Assembly (NCBI RefSeq): GCF_006345805.1
Contig: NW_021833773.1
Location: 1 to 55,582, forward strand
Direction: 5' to 3'
From: Octopus sinensis
Taxonomy: Eukaryota
Length of the DNA: 55,582 nucleotides
The translations under genes and the position numbers were made by a program. Each line of letters begins with the position of its first letter. Position 1 is the first letter of the stretch. Below are positions 24,625 to 36,491 of the stretch, one piece after another. Below the pieces are notes generated by a model that searched no databases, was not told where the DNA came from, and saw only the letters and a list, made by a program, of their open reading frames with translations.

Positions 24625-25892
24625 CGACCAGGGAGAAGCTGTTTAACTCAGCTCCTACAACACTATGACTGGGTGCTGAAACGGCTGCTCAACCACTCAA
24701 ATGTGGAAGTGATATATCTCGACTTTGCAAAGGCCTTTGGTAAAGTCGATCATGGAATGATATGTCACAAACTGCGTGATCTCAACATAGTTGGAAAACT
24801 GGGAGAATGGCTTCATGACTTTCTGAAGGATAGAAGTCAGGTGGTAGTAGCCAATGGGGCCACCTCCATTAACACACAAATAGTGAGCGGTGTTCCGCAG
24901 GGCACTGTTCTGGGACCACTACTGTTCATAATGGCCCTCTCAGACATGCCCTCAGCCACGCAGAGAGCCACGATCACAAGTTATGCAGATGATACAAAAG
25001 TTTCACAGGCAATACAGAACCCTGAGGACACTAAACACCTGCAATGTGAGCTGGACGAAATATACAAGTGGGCTGAAAAGAATAGCATGCAGTTCAATGC
25101 TGGAAAGTTTCAAGCTTTATACTATCAGCATGCAAAACTGAATGCAATACCCAATGAATACACTGGACCCGGAGGATTGCAATCCCAGAGGCACAATCAG
25201 TGCGTGACCTGGGTATTCACATGAGTGATGACGCGACCTTTCATGTACATGTTGCTAAACTGACAATGAAATGTAGACGGCTGGCTGGATGGATTCTTAG
25301 AACCTTTAGAACAAGAGAACAAGAAACCATGATGGTCCTCTGGAAGACACTTGTCCTAAGCCACTTTGACTATTGCTCTCAGCTATGGTCACCATCCAGT
25401 GTCAAGTTGATCACAGAACTTGAGGCGATCCAACGAAGCTACACAAAGAAGATAGCCTCTATGCAGAATGTAAGCTACTGGGAAAGACTCAAGAGATTAA
25501 AATTATATTCCCTGGAGCGTAGGCGGGAAAGATATGCCATAATATACATCTGGAAGATCCTGGAGGGAAGTGTCCTGAACTTTAGCATCGAGAGTTACGC
25601 AAATGCCAGAACTGGGCGCCACTGCGTGGTGCCTAGGACTCCAAACCTGCCATCAAGATGTAGGACAAAATTCTGTGATAGCCTGGGCTTCCGAGGCCCA
25701 CAGCTCTTCAATATCCTCCCGAAGAACCTGAGAGACCTGCATGGGGTGGATACAGATGTCTTTAAAATGAAGCTGGATCTCTTCCTGTCAGGTGTCCCAG
25801 ATGAACCAACTTCACGGCAGGAGGGGCAGATGAGGGCAGCTGCATCGAACTCTCTCATGCACCAAATAGCAGTTGCTAGAAAGCCTCCATGA
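24622..25892 (+). pseudogene. LINE ORF2 reverse transcriptase fragment with one frameshift
   Basis: ORFs 24541-25224 and 25200-25892 join into YTGPGG/AIPEAQSVRDLGIH with a single 1-bp shift near 25177. The first 27 codons of the tracked ORF come from the inverted flank copy, not from the LINE. Confidence 0.9.
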
Positions 25893-25988
25893 AGTGAAAC
25901 CAAGTAGCAACACCAAATGGCGGTGCCCCAGCATGGCCACAGCTCATAAGCTGAAACTAGAATCAATCAATCAATCAATCAATCAATC
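24622..25988 (+). mobile_element. 5'-truncated CR1-group non-LTR retrotransposon with 3' UTR and (AATC)7 tail
   Basis: It carries RT motifs FRPGRSCLTQL, YLDFAKAF, SGVPQGTVLGPLLF and YADDTK, and the CR1-type C-terminus YWERLKRLKLYSLERRRER. The stop is at 25890-25892 and the tail at 25961-25988. Confidence 0.93.
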
Positions 25989-26627
25989 ATATATATATAG
26001 ATAGATAGGTAGATAGATAGACAAATAGATAGATAAATAAATAGATAGACAGAGTGAGAGAAAGATAGACAAAGAGCAGAATGGAATTTTAGGTTATTAC
26101 ACTTGGTTGTGTGAATACTAGATGGGTAGTAATATGATTTAGGCGTTTGTGGTCGGTGAATGTGAATGGTTTTATGCCCACAACACACACACACACACAC
26201 ACACACACATTCTATCACTGTGAGACTCACTTGAAAAATAATCACGCCAAAAGTTGCCCTCTGCATCATACGTTAGGTATATACGCCTTTGACAGGCATG
26301 ATTCTACTGCAATTTTCGTCCAAGATAAATTTCTTGGAAGCATATACAATAATTCGGTCTGTCTCCATTTTAACATTGTATATAAGAGAAATGTGCTATA
26401 TAGATGGAGTAGTTATAAATGTATACATCCAGCCTGCCAAACCCACACACACATACACACACACACACACATTCACACATACAAATGTAGTATATAGAAG
26501 GGATCATATTTCAGAAACTTTGCATACTTGCATTTTAGGAGAAACTCAACAAATTATAGAAATGCATATAGCTATTATGAATGTTTTATTACCGTTATTC
26601 CTATTATTGTTATCATTATTATTATTT

Positions 26628-26850
26628 GAGGTGGTGAGCTTGGAAGAATCGCTTGCCCGCCTAACAAGATACTTGAAAGTATTTCGTCCGTCTTTACGTT
26701 CGGTGTTCAAATTCTCCCCAGGTCAAATTTGCCTTTGATACTTTCGAGGACGAGAAAGTAAGTACCAGTGGAACACTCAGGTCTATGTACTCGAGTGGCC
26801 CCTCTCCCAGAAATTCAAGGCATTGTGCCAATTGTAAAAAGAATTATTAT
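26628..26850 (+). mobile_element. SINE group A variant, diverged
   Basis: GGTGGTGAGCTTGGAAGAATCG...GTTCAAATTC...TTTGCCTTT...AAGTACCAG, with a tail ending AAAAGAATTATTAT. Confidence 0.75.
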
Positions 26851-26984
26851 GGTTAGTATGTAAATTCATATTTTTATACTGTATATAATACTATGCGTGT
26901 ATATAAATATATATATATATATATCAATATATAGCTATATTTATAGATAGACATATATATGTCTATCTATAAATATATCTATAA

Positions 26985-27042
<58 letters not shown>

Positions 27043-27318
27043 GTATAGATATAATTATGTATATGTGTCTGTGTATGTGCATGTGTGTGTGTATAAATAT
27101 ATACTGAGAATGTGAGGGAACGAGTGGTTGTACATATGGATAGATAGGCAGCTAGTTATTTATGTATGTCCTAAGAGTGTGAATCAACTATTATGGCAAA
27201 ACGGTGAAAGGGGTCATATTATAAACAGTATACAGAACTCTAGTCCGAGTATTGATAATTATATGATGTGTGTGCGTGTGTGTGTATGTATATTCATGTA
27301 TTTATACATGTGTATATA

Positions 27319-27360
27319 GGATCAACTGGAACGCTCGTGGTCGTAACCGACGGAGTAACA
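27319..27360 (+). mobile_element. SINE tail fragment
   Basis: GGATCAACTGGAACGCTCGTGGTCGTAACCGACGGAGT matches about 9034-9070. Confidence 0.6.
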
Positions 27361-27419
27361 TTTCTATGTGTATATATGTACATATATATACTTATATATA
27401 AAGAGATAATTCAACGAAT

Positions 27420-27637
27420 ATTCTTTTCTACACTAGGCACGAGACCCGAAATTATGGGGGAGGGTGTCAGTCGATTAGATCGACCCCAGTACGCAACTGG
27501 TACTTCAATTATGGACCCCGAAAGGATAAAAGGCAAAGTCGACCTCGGTGGAATTTGAACTCGGAACGTAAAGATAGACAAAATATAGCAAAGGATTTCA
27601 CCCGGCGTGCTAACGTTTCTGCCACCTCTCCGCCTTA
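27420..27637 (-). mobile_element. SINE group A variant
   Basis: It contains GACCCCGAAAGGATAAAAGGCAAAGTCGACCTCGGTGGAATTTGAACTC and the head complement CCCGGCGTGCTAACG...CCGCCTT. Confidence 0.85.
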
Positions 27638-27910
27638 GATAACTCAACGAATATTACAATAATGTAAGATAGCTATTAAACGCTTAGGAAACAGGGGTCA
27701 AATATATTTTGGTATTCCTATGTCATTCCAACTCTATTGTTACTGGCATTCACAGGAAGGCGCAGAATACTTACACGCACACATCTACATACTTACATGC
27801 ATGCTTGCACGCGAACACACACATATACAAATACACATGCATATACATATAATCATTACATATTCATAGCTATAAATGCATGTAAATGTATGTATACATA
27901 TATACATATT

Positions 27911-27968
<58 letters not shown>

Positions 27969-28022
27969 TATATATGTATATATATATATATATATATACC
28001 TATATCTATCTATCTATCTATC

Positions 28023-28054
<32 letters not shown>

Positions 28055-28164
28055 TATATATATATATATATTTACACATATATGCATATATACATTTGTA
28101 TATTAATACATAAATCTATATGTACACATATAAATATATACATTTATATATATACATATGTATA

Positions 28165-28242
<78 letters not shown>

Positions 28243-28530
28243 TGTATGTATAACGCATGTAAACGAGAAGGACGTATGATAGTTGAGAACTGAGATCATA
28301 GGCATTCATGAGAATACATGTACTACTTTGACCGGACATATGTTAACCACCTTTGAGCAACTATTAGACATTCCACTTTGTTCAGTAGAGGTCAACTTTT
28401 TTCCGACAGAAATATTTCTTTCTTTTTAGACCACTCATATCGATTTACATTAATGATGTGATGTCCTCATGTTTAAAAGATCGGCGGTAGAAAAAAAAGT
28501 TTTATGCGCAAAGTCATATACATATAAATA

Positions 28531-28567
<37 letters not shown>

Positions 28568-28936
28568 CACTCTCTCTCTCTCTCTCTCTCACGCAGACAC
28601 ACACTCACACATATGCACACATACAGACACACAAACACAGACGTATATTATGTTCATGAGTATATATGATATCTGCGGTGTATATATAAGATTATATACG
28701 CATATATACATAAGTATATCTATATAATCATCCACATACTGCACATATATCAGTACGTCCGCAACCAAGCTTCCCATATATACATAAATATATTCTCAAA
28801 CATATTTGTATATATATATATATATACACATATATATATACATCTGTGTGTGTCTCATTATCTCTCTGTCTATCTATTTGTCATTCTATGTATAATTCCA
28901 TCTATCTCCCACGGCATATCGCTTTGTATATAATTT

Positions 28937-28971
<35 letters not shown>

Positions 28972-28977
28972 AAACAT

Positions 28978-29012
<35 letters not shown>

Positions 29013-30689
29013 ACACACACTGACACACACAATGCACACACACACATATTATATATGTCTATATATATATATATATATATTTAAAAAATATATATATAAA
29101 TATATGGATATATATATATATATATATGTAAATAGATAGATAGGTAGATAGATACATATACAGATAGATTGATAGAAAGATAGATATAGATATATACACG
29201 TATACTCATTTGAAATTCTATGTATGTATGTACGGACCTATGTTCTTGTTTTTGTGTATGGAATTACGTATGTACGTAACCTCGTCCCCTGTTTCGGGCA
29301 AAAGAACCTATTTTATGACACATGATCGCTTTAGGGTTAAGATTTCTTTGATAATGGCTTTTCTTTGCAGTTCCATTATGACATTCACGAGGTTTAATCT
29401 TTTCCAGCTGTTTTACTCGAAAGAACAAAGATGAAGCAGAGAGAAGAAAAAAAAATGAGGTAGATGGCTATTTGACAGAAAATAAAAAAAAAGAGGTTAT
29501 ACCTGTTCTATCCAAGTGGTCTTTGTAAGTCTTGACAATCTACTCTGCTTAAAGCAGAAATAACATACCTTTGAAGAACGGTATAATGAAAGAATGACTT
29601 ATAGAAAGACAGGAAGATGAAGTAAGCATGAAGAATACAAAATATGGAAAATAAAATTTAGCGAAATTCTGTCAAAAGGACATCTTTTGTCGTTAGTTTT
29701 TATTAAAGTAGCCGTTACTTGCTTTTATAAAAATGACTTAACCTGCAATTCAATAGTAATTTCCTGGATTATATTCTGGATTAGTCGCTGTGGTTTTCTT
29801 CTAAATATTTTTACTGCGTAATATTCAATATTCCGGCATTATTGTAAGCTGAGATCAATCTAAGCATAGAAATTGGTAATAACGAATTGATACTTTCTTC
29901 CCTTCTCGCCCCCACCTCTCACTTTCTCTCTATCTCTCTTCTCTCTCTCTCTCGCTCTGCTTGTCTGTCTCTCTGTCTCTTTTTCCCTCCCCGGTTCTTC
30001 TGTTTTGGATAGATGTTTCTTGGTTAGAATTTTCGGTATGGGTGTAGGACATGGTAGAAACAACCGTGTGTTTGATTATCTCGAATATTACCAACATCAG
30101 CGCAAGCACCATGACGACCAATATCTCCACCACTACCTACGCCACGCCATTATAGACCGCATGATCACAAACTGAAGAGAGATGTGGTTTCTGTTTCGCA
30201 CTTCATAAGAGGATAACTGATACACTGGATCTTGGAGTTCTATACTTAAGAATCTTTAAAGGAAATGCAACATGACTAATATGCAAATGTCAATGTGTTA
30301 TGATAGCAGAGTAAAGAAAATGCAGACTGCTACAATAAATAACTTGAATATCATGTTAGGGTGAATATGCGTCCACAGTTCGCATACGGCCATGTTTGAC
30401 TTTAACTTAATTCAGTGATTTAAATTAATTCAAAGACAATTCAGATTCTTCAACATCGACGCCCCGATTTTGATCGTTATCTATTCAGTAATAATATAAC
30501 TGAAGTGGAACAATACTTTGAAGTAGGCTTTCCTTTATATATATATATATATATATATACAATTACTCAATAGTCAAGATAAAACTCTGAGTTTCAGATG
30601 CCGAAGTGGAAATCCACAACACCATCTCTTCTCCTCTATTTACATAATATTGAGGTCTCTTTCTTTCTTTTGTTATCTTACCGTTTTTA

Positions 30690-30736
<47 letters not shown>

Positions 30737-30757
30737 TATATATTATATATATAATAT

Positions 30758-30836
<79 letters not shown>

Positions 30837-30912
30837 CATATATGTGTGTTTGTGTGTGTGTGTGTGTGAATGTACGTACGTATGTATATATTAATTAATG
30901 ATTAATATTGAC

Positions 30913-30995
30913 TTCTCGAGCCATGTTAGGCTCATGATGGCCAGTTTCCCGGTTTCAATGACGTATACATATTCCCCAGCTGGGCGAGACAGTTT
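30913..30995 (-). mobile_element. SINE group C tail fragment
   Basis: CTTCTCGAGCCATGTTAGGCTCATGATGGCCAGTTTCCCGGTT matches about 21940-21982. Confidence 0.7.
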
Positions 30996-31267
30996 TGACC
31001 ACGGATCAGGCAGGTCAGTGTTAAACACTTGTTCAATAACACCATACGTTACTTCAGTATCTTGGTTTCGAAAACTTCATGCCGAGTTTAAATTCTGTAT
31101 TTTATTTTACCTTTCGTTTTCCAAAAGTAATGAATGTCACATCCCTTAGTTTTATAAATTGATCAAAGGAGAAATGGTATGAAAAGTAACAGATCTTCCA
31201 AGCTACAAAGACAGTGAGTGGAAATGGCTGAATCACAATTAGGATTCAAGTCTATCTTGCTAGAAAC

Positions 31268-31392
31268 GTATCCTTGATACTAAATCCTTTCTACAGCAAG
31301 TATCCTTGCTACTAAATCCTTTCTACAGCAAGTATCCTTGCTACTAAATCCTTTCTACAGCAAGTATCCTTGCTACTAAATCCTTTCTACAG
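31268..31392. repeat. 32-bp tandem repeat, 3.9 copies
   Basis: The unit GTATCCTTGCTACTAAATCCTTTCTACAGCAA starts at 31268, 31300, 31332 and 31364, with no spacers. Confidence 0.95.
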
Positions 31393-31966
31393 AGAGATGT
31401 AGAAAGATCATCTCTCTTTCTACAAGCTGAAGAGAGACGATCACAACCACATCTCCCTTCACGATCTGATCATGCGGTCTGCAATGACGTAGGTAGTGGT
31501 GGAGATATTGGTGGTCACGGTGATTGTGTTGATGTTGGTAATATTCGAGATATCAAACACACGGTTGTTTCTACCATGTCCAGCACCCATACCGAAAGTA
31601 ATACTATTTCAAAAGTATTACTTTTGAAATAGTAAGTATTTCAAAAGTAATAATTATTATACTAAAGGGAATAGTCAAATCTGAAGGATAAAATAATAAT
31701 TATGAACCCGAATGAAATATCTGCGAATTAAAATTATGAGCACTTACTTCCTAAGAATTCTCTACTTTTTTAATATGTCCTTTTAACCATAAATGCATAG
31801 ACATAGAGAGAAAACGGTTGAATGACAAAGAAACACAAAGAAATAACTGTGTATAAATCATATTCGTTTAAGAAGAAACCCTTTATGCACATACAAATAT
31901 ATATATATATATTATATACAAAGATGCATATATATTTGATAGATATATACGTACATGAATACGTAT

Positions 31967-32000
<34 letters not shown>

Positions 32001-32040
32001 ATATATACACACACACACGCATATATATATATATATATAT

Positions 32041-32105
32041 ATGGCGGTGCCCCAGCATGGCCACAGCTCATTAGCTGAAACTGGAAAAATCGAAAAATCA
32101 AAAAT
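32041..32105 (+). mobile_element. Extremely truncated 3' end of the same CR1-group LINE
   Basis: ATGGCGGTGCCCCAGCATGGCCACAGCTCATTAGCTGAAACT nearly equals 25917-25958. It is followed by AAAAATC-type repeats and flanked by (TA)n. Confidence 0.85.
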
Positions 32106-32229
32106 ATATATATATGTACGAGTATAGACATACTCATATACATGTACATTTAATATGCATATATATGTATACATATGTGGCATGTATATATGCATATATA
32201 TACATATATTTATACATACATACATGCAT

Positions 32230-32289
<60 letters not shown>

Positions 32290-34499
32290 TATTATCCTAC
32301 TACATATGAACAAATTGAAGAAAAATAATACAATATAGGAGCGAAATTACTGAAAGGGAAATACAAAAGCACACGAAATAATTAATTATACGAATAAATA
32401 CAATATGGAGAATTCCAAATTGTCGTCTGCTTATATTACATCTCTTCGTCTGTACATTTAATGCAAAAATATTATGCTTCATCAACGCACGCTACTGTCT
32501 GTTAATGCTATGTATTGCTATATCTGTCGTCCAGTTTGTTTGTGTTGTTTTTTTCTCTATTTGATTTTTACTTCTGTTTGTAATATTTGTTGCTGCTGTT
32601 ATTGTTTTATTTTGCTTCATGGTATCGTTTTCTAGGAGTCTTTTTTCATGGCATCTACCCCAGTTTATTTCATGTTTATTTATATTTCACATATTTGTCA
32701 GATTTGTATTGTTACAGCGACTGCTCTTGAAGTTAAATAAACCCCTATTATTTTGTCTTTGCCTTTTGATTCTATGAGTCTATGTGTATTTTTGTCGTCA
32801 TGATTCCGTTGATGTTTATTTTTGAAACTAATCGCTGTCTGCATGGCGAATGTTTAAACCATAACAATGTTTTTCGCTTTTAAAATTGCGTATTATCTCT
32901 CATCATTCGATTCTCTCTAATGGAAACACCGGATTTGGGGGTCCTTCATGAAGATCTGAATTATTACGTCGTAAATGTAATTCTTTCACATAAAGTTTAA
33001 ATTTTTGGGAAAATTATTTACCGCAATTGCTGCATGTATAACTGTCGCTTTTGTCACTGTTATGATTGATCCGCGAATTATCACCAAACCATCCCACCAA
33101 GGAGCAAAATTATTCCAACAAGAACCATACTATTTATATCAGACATGGCTACACTATCAAATATACATTTTTATGACGAAAATACTGAGTTTGGGAGACA
33201 TTTGACTGTTGTTTCTAGCAGAGCTTTTGGGTGCGTAAATCCTCCGAGTTTCACGCAAGTCTTTTACCTCATTAACCTCCGAGGGACAACTCTGTGATAC
33301 ACTATATTAAACGACATGGTGTTTGCGCTCTAAGAGTCGTTTGCTTTAGGCATTCGTTATCTGTTTCGCAGTGGTATATTTATATTCTGCAGAAGAAAAA
33401 AAAGAGACGAAAAAATATGTTTTCTCTTTTAAACAGATATTGATTATAATTAAATCTTATCGTAATTATATCCTTAATTAAGTTGTGTCTGGAGGGAAAT
33501 AATTTGAACTATTTGGCAGAATATTGCACAAGACAGTATCAGTTGCCAGTTTTAGGTACTGTTGATATTAATAATAGATGGATAAATAAAAAAAAAGAGC
33601 CGTTTCTTTTCAGTATTATAGATCTATATATTTACAGAAGTGAAGGGGGACATTTAAATGTCTATTTTCTCTTTCACACCATATAAAAAAAAAAAAAACT
33701 CAAAGGAGATGGAACAATATTAGAAACTGATCATACCTGTATTATGGGATGTTTGATTTTCTGTTATAGCGCTTTAATGACTGTTAATATTACTGTTCTT
33801 TTAAGACTTTCTCTTTGAAACTACAGTGTTTCAGATTTGACTGTATGGCGTGAAATTTTCGGTTGCTGTTATCTGCTACAGCCTTTGGATTTAATAAAAA
33901 AACAACCTTATAAGTTCGGTTTGGTTCACAAACTGGGTAGAGATTCAGAAATGTTCGTGGGTAGGAGACTTAATCTGTTGCCGCACAATAAGGCTACGGG
34001 TCGCATGTAGTAGATTTTTAATTTCTTGAAACGATTGCGACCAGCGATTGGAACTGAAGACAGATTACTTGGATACTTCCCAACCATCAGGAGAGCCCGG
34101 AAATGTTTTTTGACGCTCGGCTTCTTACTTCGTTGTTGCCATGATACATTCCACTAAGTGTTTTGCGGATCATACACTGTCAGAGATCATTTGCCATTAA
34201 ATTCCTTACACTCAGGTGATGCACTCTTGATGTTGTCATATCAACGCAAACCAGTGTCACATTTAATGGTTGTTATGCGCAGGAAAGGACATTTTGGTAT
34301 ATTTTCCTCATCGCAAATCAATGATATATTTTCACGTCTCATTACGGGGAACTATTAGATGACGTTCCTCAATTATTAGGGATACAACATGCAGAAATAA
34401 TCTTCCGGACGATGGGGAGATCGGACTGTGTCTTCTCAATTCGGACAAGTTTGCTTCGATACGGACCAAAACACAAACATATATACATCGATACAACGC

Positions 34500-34930
34500 A
34501 CACACTCTCTCTCTCTTTCTTTCTCCTCTCTCTCTCTCTCTCTCTCTTTCCTTCTCTCTCTCTTTCCTTCTCTCTCTCTCTCTTTCCTTCTCTCTCTTTT
34601 TCCTTCTCTCTGTCTTTCCTTCTCTCGCTATTTCCTTCTCTCTCTTTTTCCTTGCCTATCTCTCTTTCCTTCTGTTTCCCCTTCCTTGCCTCTGTTTTCT
34701 TTCTCTTGCTTTCCTTCTCTATCTCTCTTCCTTCTCTCTCTCTCTCTTTCCTTCTCTCTCTTTTTTTTTTTCTCTCTGTCTTTCCTTCTCTCGCTATTCC
34801 TTCTCTCTCTTTTTCCTTGCCTATCTCTCTTTCCTTCTGTTTCCCCTTCCTTGCCTCTGTTTTTCTTTCTCTCTGTCTTTCCTTCTCTATCTCTCTTTCC
34901 TTCTCTCTCTCTCTCTCTATCTCTCTCTCA
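34500..34930. repeat. CT-rich low-complexity tract containing a ~100-bp direct duplication (about 34610 and 34775)
   Basis: TCTGTCTTTCCTTCTCTCGCTATT...CCTTGCCTCTGTTTT occurs twice. The tract explains the K/E/R- and S/L/F-rich ORFs. Confidence 0.85.
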
Positions 34931-35361
34931 ATGCATAGACGTATAAAAACATGTGCGCGCATACACAAGCACAGACACACCCTCACACACACACGCACAT
35001 TTATACAAATAGATAGAACGATAAATAGATAGATAAACAAAGAGAGAGAGAGAGAGACAAAGAGAGAGGGAAAGAGAGAGAGAATTTGAAATGTCTTAAG
35101 TGAGGAATATCTTACATCAGAAATTATTTTTTTTTATCTGTTGTGCAAATAATCTGAAACGATTTTCAAAATATTAATACTTAATTTGACCCTAACCCTA
35201 AACCTAACCCTAACCGTAGCCCTTGTTATCCCTAGACAAACAGGTGGGTACCTGTATAATGAGACTACCGGCCACACTGTCAAGGCAAGCTAATATTTCT
35301 GACAAAATACTCAAATGCCAATGAAGATACGGGGTAGTGATATGAAAAAAAATTGCGTGCG

Positions 35362-35735
35362 TGCTTACCAACCACATGGTTCCGGGTTCAGTCCCACTGC
35401 GTGGCTCATTGGGCAAGTGTCTTCTACTATAGCGTCGAGCCGACCAAAGCCTTGTGAGTGGATTTGGTAGACGGAAACTGAAAGAAGCCCGTCGTATATA
35501 TGTATATATATATGTATGTGTTTGCGTTTGCCCCCCCCCCCCAACATCACTTGATAACCGATGCTAGTGTGTTTACGTCCACGTAACTTAGCGGTTCGGC
35601 AAAAGAGAACGATAGAATAAGTACTAGGCTTCCAAAGAATAAGTCCTGGGGTCGATTTGCTCGACTGAAGGCGGTGCTCCAGCATGGCCAATGTCAAATG
35701 ACTGAGGCAAACAAGTAAAGAAGTAAAAGAGTAGA
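35362..35735 (+). mobile_element. SINE group B, near full length
   Basis: It is collinear with 6640-7030 from GCTTACCAACCACATGGTTCCGGGTTCAG through GGCGGTGCTCCAGCATGGCC. Confidence 0.88.
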
Positions 35736-36407
35736 AGAGTAGTGAGTAACGAAATCTGCAGTGTGTTGAAAGTCACCAAAGCTGATCAAACACGGTTTGT
35801 TATAGAGAGAGTGTGGAAGAGAAAGGGAGAAAGAGAGAGAGAGAAATAATAGAGAGGGAAACAGAGAGAAAGAAAGGAGAAAAGAGAACTTTGATACAAA
35901 GAATAAAGATAACATGACTAATAAAAAAGCCACAAATTAGATCTAGGTTGGATTCGAACTCAGAGCCGGAACGAATAGCGGAAGGATTCGCTCTGACATT
36001 CTGATGCACTATAATAATTTGATAGATAACACACTTCCAAACACACACACACACACAAACACTCACACACATACACATGCGCGTGTGCGCACATACTCAT
36101 ACACGGGTATGTACATACGCATGCGTATACACACAAAGATGCACGTGAATGGTGAATGTGGTATTAACGTATACTTGTCCCGAATAAACTTAAATGTTTC
36201 AATTCACAAGTTCATCATGTAACGCCGGAAGTTGTGCATTGCTTCCTGTTATATATAAGTTTAAACATCGTATCAGGTATCATGAATATTTCCTGTTCGA
36301 GACACGAATTTCAAGAACATAAATATGTATATATATATATGCACATGCATACATATATATATATATATGTGTGTATATATATATATGTATATATAGTTAT
36401 ATATATG

Positions 36408-36439
<32 letters not shown>

Positions 36440-36453
36440 CATATATATGTATG

Positions 36454-36491
<38 letters not shown>

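Larger units (their letters stand above)
30031..31597. repeat. Block bounded by ~155-bp inverted arms (30031-30189 and 31445-31597); possible foldback or long-TIR element
   Basis: TTTCGGTATGGGTGTAGGACATGGTAGAAACAACCGTGTGTTTGAT...GATGTGGTT is mirrored at the right end with scattered substitutions and small indels. No clear TSD. Confidence 0.75.

Noticed and set aside
31268-31392. 32-bp repeats as a CRISPR array
   Set aside because: The repeats are contiguous with no spacers, there are no cas genes, and the context is eukaryotic.
32780-34450. Non-repetitive stretches with 60-70-aa ORFs, considered as PLE RT or host exons
   Set aside because: No motif order could be matched convincingly in any frame.
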